Positions 16,669 to 23,995 of a stretch of 50,627 nucleotides of DNA are shown in pieces. The stretch covers positions 1 through 50,627 of the forward strand of contig CAYHNK010000002.1 of the NCBI GenBank assembly GCA_964357695.1, given 5' to 3'. The translations under genes and the position numbers were made by a program. Positions within the stretch are counted from its first letter, which is position 1; every line of letters starts with the position of its first letter. The notes under the pieces are model-generated. The model was not told the origin of the DNA and searched no databases. It saw only the letters and a program-made list of their open reading frames with translations. The stretch comes from an uncultured Bdellovibrionales bacterium (GTDB taxonomy: Bacteria; Myxococcota; XYA12-FULL-58-9; CAYHNK01).

Positions 16669-18209
16669 CGGTCCATCTCCTCGGGATCGGATGGCTCACC
16701 AGGGTCGAGCGTCATCTTGGGTGGCACGAGAGCGTCGTAGACAGAGAGGTCGGGCTCGCCGAAGCTCAGGCCATCGAGCTCGGGGTTGCCGAGACGCACG
16801 GGTACGACGGTGGGTTTGAGGCCGCGCTTGTGGCGCAGCACATACTCGACGTACTCGGCGCCGACATGACCTGTCTGCATCACCTCGGCGATGGCCGAGG
16901 CGGTGTGCTTCTCACCAAACAGCTCACTCAAGAACGTCAGCCGCACCGTGTCGCGGTGGATCGAGCGCGTCGTGGCGCGTAGCACCTTGAAGTACTGCGC
17001 CCCCACCTCGCCCAGGGCCACCAATCCAGCAGGAAGCGCCCCCGCGACGCGCGGCTTGGCTTCGATCGCCCGCTCTCGGTGTGATGGTGCCTCGATGTCC
17101 TTGCCGATCTCCCAGCAGCGCGGGTGCCATGCCACCTGCTTCGGGCCCAGATAGACCGCCACGGCATCATCGCTGGCGCGCACCACCACCGTCTGGCCAA
17201 CGAGTCGTGGCGGCACCGAGTAGGTGTTGCGGTCGAAGCGCACACGGAATTGCTTGGTGACGCCGGTGCTCTCGATGTCGTCGGTCTCGAACGGCGTCTC
17301 GGGCAGCGGCTTGAGCAGCCGTTGCTCGTCGTGCTTGAACACCAGAGCTGGCACCTTGCCGGTGACCTCGTGGATGCGGTTGTTGGCAAACTCGTCGCGC
17401 CACGCGGTGGCCTGTCGATTGAGGTCGAGGAGGCTCGCAAAGCGCCGCCCCGGCCAGAAGCGCTCGCGCACGAATCCGATCGGCCTTTCGACTCGCCCCT
17501 TCTCGTGGCCGCTAGCAGCATTGCAGGCCCGCACGGCGAAGCCGCGCGACTGGGCGTAGGCGAGGAACTTCCTGTTGAAGGCGGCGTTGGCGCCTGAGCC
17601 CGAGGTCACCACGGTGCGCATGTTGTCGAAGACGTCGATGTAGGTGGTGCCGCCGAAGAACTTCAGGCCGCGCTCGAAGCCGCGCAGGAACGTGCCGAAT
17701 GCCTGGCTGAGCGTGAGCTCGAGGTAGAGGTAGCGCGAGTAGCACAGCGTCATCACCAGCGCGCTGACCCGGCGCGGGCAGCCAGGGATCGCAAAGCCGA
17801 AGTCTGCCCAGTCGACTTGCATCACCTCGGCGGGCGCGAAGTCGAGAGTGAGGAAGGGCTCGCGAGTCGTTCGTGGGCGGATGCGGCGCAGGAGCGCGCG
17901 AACGATGGTGACGCCGCCGGTGTAGCCGTGCGGTCGCAGGCGCTCGAGCACGGCCGGGGCCTTGAGCTCGGGGGCGTCGTCGAGCCACTGCCGGATTTGC
18001 TTCTCGTACGGCGTCAGCATGGACTCACGTCGTGGCGGGGCACGCAGCTCGCGCCTCGGCGCGCGGCCGAGCATGCGTCGCACGGTGTTGCGCGAGAGCC
18101 CCAGGCGCTTGGAGATGGCGCGCGCGCTCAATCCGTCGAGCAGGGCGAGCCGAAGCACCTCGGCCATCTGTTCGGATTGGCGGTCCTCGGTCGGGTCCTT
18201 AGCCGACAT
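16665..18209 (-). CDS. istA: IS21-family transposase IstA
   Basis: N-terminal HTH (LSARAISKRLGLSRNTVRRML), a DDE region (VMQVDWADFG ... YIDVFDNMRTVV ... GHEKGRVER), and an ATGA-type overlap with istB. ATG at 18209. Confidence 0.9.
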   Translation of the reverse strand: MSAKDPTEDRQSEQMAEVLRLALLDGLSARAISKRLGLSRNTVRRMLGRAPRRELRAPPRRESMLTPYEKQIRQWLDDAPELKAPAVLERLRPHGYTGGVTIVRALLRRIRPRTTREPFLTLDFAPAEVMQVDWADFGFAIPGCPRRVSALVMTLCYSRYLYLELTLSQAFGTFLRGFERGLKFFGGTTYIDVFDNMRTVVTSGSGANAAFNRKFLAYAQSRGFAVRACNAASGHEKGRVERPIGFVRERFWPGRRFASLLDLNRQATAWRDEFANNRIHEVTGKVPALVFKHDEQRLLKPLPETPFETDDIESTGVTKQFRVRFDRNTYSVPPRLVGQTVVVRASDDAVAVYLGPKQVAWHPRCWEIGKDIEAPSHRERAIEAKPRVAGALPAGLVALGEVGAQYFKVLRATTRSIHRDTVRLTFLSELFGEKHTASAIAEVMQTGHVGAEYVEYVLRHKRGLKPTVVPVRLGNPELDGLSFGEPDLSVYDALVPPKMTLDPGEPSDPEEMDR

Positions 18210-18498
18210 GACGCTGACCTCGCTTACGGTCAGGCCGGTGCAGTCGGAAGCGCAGCTGCAGGTGGCGCGCGGGGATGTCGGAGACGGCGTACGTCCACAG
18301 CTCGAACCACCCGGCCGTGCCAATCTCCACAGGCAATGCAAGCTCGACGGGCGAGTCGCTCCACGTCGCGAGCTGGCGGATCCACCGACCCATCTCGCAC
18401 GGGGGCAGAGCCGTCACCACCGAGCCGAAGAGGCGCACGCTGGTCAACGAGCCGTCGCCCTCGGGTTGCAGATAAACTCTGAACGGGTTCGGTCGCAT
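18199..18498 (-). CDS. hypothetical 99-aa ORF inside the IS21 leader
   Basis: GC3-rich frame (MRPNPFRVYLQPEGDGSL...). Overlaps the istA start by 11 nt. No family recognised. Confidence 0.35.
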   Translation of the reverse strand: MRPNPFRVYLQPEGDGSLTSVRLFGSVVTALPPCEMGRWIRQLATWSDSPVELALPVEIGTAGWFELWTYAVSDIPARHLQLRFRLHRPDRKRGQRHVG

Positions 18499-19346
18499 CA
18501 CAGGTCTCCTGGGTTGCGCAGGTGATCTGTGCAGCATTGGTCAAGTTCTTGGAACCATGATCCCCCACGCGACCGCGTCGACCCTTGCGGCGCGCACGCT
18601 CGGCATCGCGGTGATCAGCGCGGCCCTCTGGTGAGTGCCGATGCCGGCGCCGGGCTTGCCTCCTGGACTCGTTGCGCGCCTGAGCTCGGCAGACATCACC
18701 GCAGTAGCGGTGACCTCGATAGCAGTGCGGGTGGATGCGGAAGAAGCGGCCACAGCCGGCACATTCGAGCTCCCAGATCCTCAGCTGGCCTCAGCGGGAT
18801 CAAGAACTGGACACTGCGTCCCAGCCGTACCATGCTGGCGCTGCAGCTGACCTCGGGGGTCGCGTGCGTTCCAGGCACCGGCCCCCACTTCAATCCCACC
18901 AGCCTCAGCTTCCGCTCAGCCGATCACCTGTGCCAGTTTTCGGCGGGGCAGAGATCCGGATCCCGGCGGTCGCGACGCAAGTGGATCTCATTGGGGCCGG
19001 CGGCGACACCAGGTCGAGCCTTGGGAAGCCGTCGCAGAACCGCAGTAGAGCGCGGCCTTCGAGACGGCTTGCGTCGCAAGCCTCCTCAGGCACGCGGTTC
19101 AGGCGGCGGCGTCTCGAAGGGCGCAGCGCTGTGACTCGCTGCGACTGCCGGGAATTGCACCCGTTGCATCTGGTCGGACGAGAGGAACACACGCCTTCGC
19201 GCCCCGGAGCGCGCAGCGCCCACAGGTGGTGGAACGCGAGTGACGTGCGCCGACGAAGCCTCCCAGCGGAGACGAGCGAGCCCACCGAGGACGCGTCGCA
19301 GCGAGGGGCAAAACGGGCGCGCTACGCTAACCGATCGGCATTGGGT

Positions 19347-19856
19347 CTAGGTCGTCGCTCCCTGTTTCGCCATCTCCGCCATGAACGCTGCATGTCGCTT
19401 CTGCATCTCGTCCGGACCAACGTCCTCCACGTGTGTCGCAATTCCCCAGGTGTGACCGAAGGGATCGATCACCTGGCTGTGCCGATCGCCCCAGAACATG
19501 TCGGTGGGCGGCGTGCGGACGGTGCAACCGGCGTCGACGGCTCGCTTGAACGCGCTGTCCACGTCGCGGACGTAGAGGAACATGACGGCGGTTGTGAGCC
19601 CGGCGTTTTTCGGGGCCTTGTAGATGCCTGGCTGCCCAGGCATTGGCGGCATCTCGTCGGCGAGCATCAGGCGCGAGTCGCCGAGGCTCAGCTCGGCGTG
19701 CACGACACCGCCGTCCGGGCCCGGCATGCGCGACAGCTCCTCGGCGCCAAAGGCCTTCTTGTAGAAGGCGATGGCCGCATTGGTGTCGTTCAAGACGAGA
19801 TGCGGCGTGATGGTGTGGTAGCCAGCGGGAATCGGTGAAACTTTCTTTTCGGGCAT
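19347..19856 (-). CDS. VOC (glyoxalase/bleomycin-resistance/PhnB-like) family protein
   Basis: 169 aa. ITPHLVLNDTNAAIAFYKKAFGAEE ... FWGDRHSQVIDPFGHTWGIATH is typical of the PhnB-like VOC family. ATG at 19856. Confidence 0.85.
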   Translation of the reverse strand: MPEKKVSPIPAGYHTITPHLVLNDTNAAIAFYKKAFGAEELSRMPGPDGGVVHAELSLGDSRLMLADEMPPMPGQPGIYKAPKNAGLTTAVMFLYVRDVDSAFKRAVDAGCTVRTPPTDMFWGDRHSQVIDPFGHTWGIATHVEDVGPDEMQKRHAAFMAEMAKQGATT

Positions 19857-19927
19857 GGTGGTACCCCTCCTGTTCGGCATGAGGTAATCACGCGGGGCAG
19901 ACGTGGCAATTGGCGATGATCGCGTAT

Positions 19928-20090
19928 CTATCCCACGCTGGTTACGATGGCCTGGTAGCCCGCCTTCTCGATGGCTTCGACGACCTTCTCCGGATGCTCG
20001 GGGCAGAGGGCGATCATGGCGCCCCCGCCTCCGGTGAGCTTGGCGCCGAGCGCACCTGCTTTGCTGGCCAGGTTGAAGGTGCCAGACGCA
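19928..20090 (-). pseudogene. GHMP (mevalonate-kinase-like) kinase C-terminal fragment
   Basis: SKAGALGAKLTGGGGAMIALCPEHPEKVVEAIEKAGYQAIV matches only the C-terminal motif III region of GHMP kinases. No N-terminal domain is present. Confidence 0.55.
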
Positions 20091-20342
20091 TCGAAGCTGA
20101 TTCTGGACAGGCAGAGGATTGTGGAGATACCCGAGGATTCGGCGTTTGAGGACGAAATCCGCGCCAATGACGATCGCGGCTTCCTTGTCGCGATCACCGC
20201 TGCCCGAAGAAGTGCCTGGCACGTTTGCGGGCACGTTTGCGGGGAAGTGTGCTATGTTCTTGGGTAAAACGACTATTTGTCGTATTATTTTGTTTCCATG
20301 TTGATATCGCTTGCTTCGGCGATCACTGACAGGGGGTTTCAC

Positions 20343-21350
20343 ATGCGTGGCTGCCACCTCGCGGTAGTGCTGCTTGCGTCGACGGTCTTCTCCTGCGACG
20401 CATTGACATCGATCACGTCCTCAGACAACACGCAGTCGGCGGCACAGCGTGGCACGGCGAACGCCGTCTCGATTTGCCACGTCGCGGCCCGAGGGGAAGC
20501 GGAGATCACCATCGAGGTTGGGGACGATGCGGTGGCGGCGCACCTTCGCCATGGAGATAGCCTCGGGCCCTGCTTCCCAGACAGCCAGCCACCCACTGAC
20601 GACGATGAGGGTGGTGACAGCGATCCCACCCATCCGGACGAGGATGACTCGTCGCCGCCCACCACCGATCGCGGGCTTTCGTGCGCCGTAGATGCGACCA
20701 TTCTGACGTGCACTGCGACCGGCCTCGAGCCCTCCGCGTACGTCGCGCTCAACGTAGATCTTCAGGACTGCAACGGCGGCAATTACGGCATTGATGGCAT
20801 CGCCGACGGCTATGTGGCCAGTGACGGCGGCGTCAGCTTCGTCGTCGATCTTGCCCATATGGAGCTCTTCTTCGGCGCGCCGTTGCCTGGTGCTTGCGCA
20901 GGTTTCCACTCCATCATGGTGGCCTATCAAGACGGCATTGCCGTCCTGAGCACGCAGATCGACTTGCCGTCCATGACGACGGACGCCACGCCGAGCTCCG
21001 ATGATGGGCGTGAGGATCATACCTTGCCGCCGAATACGGAGCGTGGACTCTTGTGCACGCTCGACGCGACCATTCTGACGTGCACTGCGACGGGCCTCGA
21101 GCCCTCCGCGTACGTCGCGCTCAACGTAGATCTTCAGGACTGCAACGGCGGCAATTACGGCATTGATGGCATCGCCGACGGCTATGTGGCCAGTGACGGC
21201 GGCGTCAGCTTCGTCGTCGATCTTGCCCATATGGAGCTCTTCTTCGGCGCGCCGTTGCCTGGTGCTTGCGCAGGTTTCCACTCCATCATGGTGGCCTATC
21301 AAGACGGCATTGCCGTCCTGAGCACGCAGATCGACTTGCCGAGCATCTAG
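20343..21350 (+). CDS. probable lipoprotein containing a recent 124-aa internal duplication
   Basis: Signal plus Cys (LLASTVFSC). Two near-identical modules (DATILTCTATGLEPSAYVALNVDLQDCNGGNYGIDG...STQIDLPS). Confidence 0.65.
   Translation: MRGCHLAVVLLASTVFSCDALTSITSSDNTQSAAQRGTANAVSICHVAARGEAEITIEVGDDAVAAHLRHGDSLGPCFPDSQPPTDDDEGGDSDPTHPDEDDSSPPTTDRGLSCAVDATILTCTATGLEPSAYVALNVDLQDCNGGNYGIDGIADGYVASDGGVSFVVDLAHMELFFGAPLPGACAGFHSIMVAYQDGIAVLSTQIDLPSMTTDATPSSDDGREDHTLPPNTERGLLCTLDATILTCTATGLEPSAYVALNVDLQDCNGGNYGIDGIADGYVASDGGVSFVVDLAHMELFFGAPLPGACAGFHSIMVAYQDGIAVLSTQIDLPSI
20694..21341 (+). repeat. two 276-bp near-identical direct repeats (20694-20969 and 21066-21341), offset 372 bp
   Basis: Aligned by eye with a single mismatch noted (gaccggcctc vs gacgggcctc). 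In-frame within the lipoprotein gene. Confidence 0.85.
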
Positions 21351-21448
21351 TGGGCCCCCGACTCGACGGGTCGTGGCAGGTGCGAGATCGCGTGCGGCCG
21401 GCAATCGGCTCGCCGAGCTGCGCACAGCTGTGGAGATCATCCCGATAA

Positions 21449-21464
21449 GGTGCCAGGGACGTAT
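21449..21464 (-). repeat. R1-core copy 5, inverted (ATACGTCCCTGGCACC)
   Basis: The reverse complement of GGTGCCAGGGACGTAT matches the R1 core ATACGTNNCTGGCACC at 14/16 positions. Lies 4 nt from the 87-bp repeat copy B. Confidence 0.45.
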
Positions 21465-21468
21465 TGGG

Positions 21469-21555
21469 GGAACAGCCACGTCAGCCGTTCGACCCGCACG
21501 CGTGTGATGACGGAGACGAGCGCACAGGCGACCGAAGGCGGGCCGACAGCTTGAG
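21469..21555. repeat. 87-bp dispersed repeat, copy B
   Basis: See 12579-12665. Here it is fused to the truncated VOC paralog. Confidence 0.85.
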
Positions 21556-21573
21556 ACAACAGCTTCGGTGATG

Positions 21574-21744
21574 TTCTTTCGCCATCTCCGCCACGAACGC
21601 CGCGTGTCGTGTCTGCATCTCGTTCGGGTCGACGTCTTCGGTGTGCGTCGCGAGCCCCCAGGTGTGCCCGAAGGGATCGATGACCTGGCTGTAGCGATCG
21701 CCCCAGAACATGTCGGTGGACGGCGTGCGGACGGTGCAACCGGC
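21574..21744 (-). pseudogene. VOC-family paralog, C-terminal fragment
   Basis: AGCTVRTPSTDMFWGDRYSQVIDPFGHTWGLATHTEDVDPNEMQTRHAAFVAEMAKE parallels the last ~57 residues of the intact copy at 19347-19856. The N-terminal two-thirds are absent. Confidence 0.7.
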
Positions 21745-22005
21745 GGCGCCGGAGCGCGTGGTCGTCACGATCGCGGCCCTTTCGGCGACCCTGACGCCGT
21801 GGCAGTCACGTATCCGTGGAGCTTCTTGTCACCCATCACGGCGGAAGCGACGTCATCCCGACGCAGCTTGGCACACGAACACCCTTTGTCGCGCGATGAG
21901 AGCATCGTCGAGCACCGCCAATCTTGCCGAGGAGCGCCGAGGGTCACGAATAATTATTGCCTGGCAATATTGACCCGGGTTTGTTCCTGGGTAAAATTCG
22001 CTATC

Positions 22006-22584
22006 ATGCATGCCGAGCCTACCTATGCCGCCTTCGCGGGTCCGCGTCGCATCGCTGCGGGCCCTCTTCCCGACATCCTCCCAACCCTGAAAGAGCGCTT
22101 CGACCGCGACCCCTCGGAGCTCATTCTCGTCTTCGAGAGCGCGACCGGTCGCCAGGTCGACTTCAACTTGCGCGGCCCGCTCGACGACGTCCTCGCGCGC
22201 CACGTGCCGTCGGCCACTCGGGGACCGGGACGCCCGCGCCTCGGCGTCACGAGCCGCGAGGTCTCACTCCTGCCGCGGCACTGGGACTGGCTGGAGTCGC
22301 AGCCGAACGGCATCTCGGCCGCGCTGCGCAGGCTGGTCGAGCAGGCTATCAAGACCGAGCCGGGCCGCGAGCGCGCCCGCCACGTCCGTGACGCGCTCAA
22401 TAAGTTCATGACCGCGATGGCTGGCGACCGCCCCAACTATGAAGAGTCGACCCGGGCCCTCTATGCCGGCGACACCGAGCGCTTCGGGGCGCTGGTCGCG
22501 CGCTGGCCCAAAGACATTCGCGAGCACGTCCTCGAGCAAATCGCGCATGCGGCCCGTCTGGAGCGCGGCGGAGAGAGCCCATGA
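22006..22584 (+). CDS. DUF2239-family protein
   Basis: YAAFAG.RRIA.G ... GRQVDFNLRG ... GRPRLGV.SREVSLLPRHWDWL...GISAALRRLV pattern as remembered for DUF2239. ATG at 22006, in frame with the longer ORF-track entry. Confidence 0.65.
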   Translation: MHAEPTYAAFAGPRRIAAGPLPDILPTLKERFDRDPSELILVFESATGRQVDFNLRGPLDDVLARHVPSATRGPGRPRLGVTSREVSLLPRHWDWLESQPNGISAALRRLVEQAIKTEPGRERARHVRDALNKFMTAMAGDRPNYEESTRALYAGDTERFGALVARWPKDIREHVLEQIAHAARLERGGESP

Positions 22585-22961
22585 CGAGCACCTCGGAGCG
22601 AAAGCGAGAGCTGAAGCGAGCCTACCGCGAGCGGCCAAAGCCGGCCGGCATCTTCCAGGTCAAAAACACTGTGACAGGTAAGGTGCTTCTCGGCAGTAGC
22701 TTGAACCTCGATGGCTCCCTGAACCGCCACCGCTTCATGCTGGTGAACGGCTCGCACTACAATCGCGCGCTGCAGCAAGCATGGAAAGACGACCGCCCCG
22801 GCGCGTTCGTCTTCGAGATCCTCGACGTCGTCGACGTCAAAGACGAGCCTGGGTTCAACCTGAAGGACGAGCTCGCCGCGCTGGAGCAAGCCTGGATCGA
22901 GAAGATCGGGCCCTTCGGCGAACGGACTTACAACGAGGGCGCCGAGATCCGCGACGTGTGA
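22581..22961 (+). CDS. GIY-YIG nuclease-superfamily protein
   Basis: AGIFQVKN..TGKVLLGSSLNL.G..NRHRF.L..G.H.N..LQ motif (GIY/YIG-like). ATGA overlap with the DUF2239 gene. Confidence 0.65.
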   Translation: MTSTSERKRELKRAYRERPKPAGIFQVKNTVTGKVLLGSSLNLDGSLNRHRFMLVNGSHYNRALQQAWKDDRPGAFVFEILDVVDVKDEPGFNLKDELAALEQAWIEKIGPFGERTYNEGAEIRDV

Positions 22962-23000
22962 CGAGCCGCCGCTGTCGAACGACCGCCTGACGCACACCCT

Positions 23001-23140
23001 GAGGGCAAGTACGTCAACAAGCTCAAGCGCGCGTGGGACAACGGCAAGAGCGCGATCGCCGTCAGCGGCGAGGAGCTGATAGGTCGCCTCGCGCTCCTCG
23101 TGCCGCCGCCGCGGGTTCATACGACCCGATATGCCGGCCT
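23001..23140 (+). pseudogene. IS91-family transposase C-terminal relic (copy 4 of 5)
   Basis: EGKYVNKLKRAWDNGKSAIAVSGEELIGRLALLVPPPRVHTTRYAG parallels the C-terminus seen at 13926-14250. No start codon and no upstream domains. Confidence 0.55.
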
Positions 23141-23187
23141 CGACGGATCACCATGCTTTTCATCGCGCGCGTCTCCCTGGTGCGGGG

Positions 23188-23853
23188 CTATTTCGTCAGG
23201 ACAACATGGGTGGCGCGGTCCGTGAAGGCGTGCTCCGTGCACTTGTAGCCGAGGCTCACCGTATCGATGCCGGCGAGAAGGTGCTCGCCCCGGCCGAGGA
23301 GCACGGGGGAGATCACGAGGTGCAGCTCGTCGATCAGCCCCGCGGTGAGGTACTGGCGAATGGTGGCAGCTCCACCGCCGAGTCGGACGTCCTTGCCCAG
23401 CGCCGCCTCCCTCGCGCGTTTCAACGCGGTATGGATGCCATCGGCGACGAAGTGGAATGTCGTTCCTCCCTCCATCGTGATGGGCGCACGAGCATGGTGC
23501 GTGAGCACGAAAACGGGCACGTGGTAGGGCGGGTTGTTGCCCCACCATCCTTTCCAGCTGTCGTCGGACCAGGGGCCCCGCAGCGGCCCGAACATGTTGC
23601 GGCCGAGGATCCAGGCGCCGACGTTTTCAAAACCGCGCGCGGCGAAGTCGTCGTCGACGCCTTCTCTGCCAACCTCGTCGCCGATCAGCGCTCCGGCGAA
23701 GTCGGCGTGCATCTTCTGAAACGTCTTCGTGCCGATGACCCACTTGTGCAGCGCCATACCTTCGACGCCCATCGGATTGTCCAGATCTTGGTCGGGACCG
23801 GCGCCGAAACCATCGATAGAAATTCCAAATGCGTTTACCCGAAGCCTCGACAT
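23188..23853 (-). CDS. dihydrofolate-reductase-family protein (RibD C-terminal domain)
   Basis: RVNAFGISIDGF ... ILGRNMF ... PVFVLTH ... GGGATIRQYLTAGLIDELHLVISPVLLG pattern. ATG at 23853. Confidence 0.85.
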   Translation of the reverse strand: MSRLRVNAFGISIDGFGAGPDQDLDNPMGVEGMALHKWVIGTKTFQKMHADFAGALIGDEVGREGVDDDFAARGFENVGAWILGRNMFGPLRGPWSDDSWKGWWGNNPPYHVPVFVLTHHARAPITMEGGTTFHFVADGIHTALKRAREAALGKDVRLGGGAATIRQYLTAGLIDELHLVISPVLLGRGEHLLAGIDTVSLGYKCTEHAFTDRATHVVLTK

Positions 23854-23995
23854 ACGCGTAGCTCCTTTCCGCATAGCCATCGCCTGCGGCCCTTGTGACA
23901 AGCGTTCGTCTGAAGTGGCAACGAACGCGTGAGGGCGCAATCGACATGCCCGGCTCATAAGCAGAAGCGGTCGCGTTGTGTCGACGGCGCGCCGG

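Larger units (their letters stand above)
15795..19008 (-). mobile_element. IS21-family insertion sequence (3,214 bp) with TGT...ACA termini and a 6-bp target duplication
   Basis: Ends are TGTCGCCGCCG-N10-GATCCA (15795->) and its inverted copy ending at 19008. Direct repeat CCAGGT at 15789-15794 and 19009-19014. Contains istA and istB. Confidence 0.8.

Noticed and set aside
19015-19346. A gene interrupted by the IS21 insertion
   Set aside because: Joining the flanks in silico gives only short Arg-rich ORFs on either strand with no convincing coding signature. The insertion site is treated as intergenic or degenerate DNA.
18735-19838. 367-aa plus-strand ORF spanning the IS21 end and the VOC gene
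   Set aside because: It crosses the IS21 terminus and target duplication and is antisense to the well-supported VOC gene. Arg-rich shadow frame.
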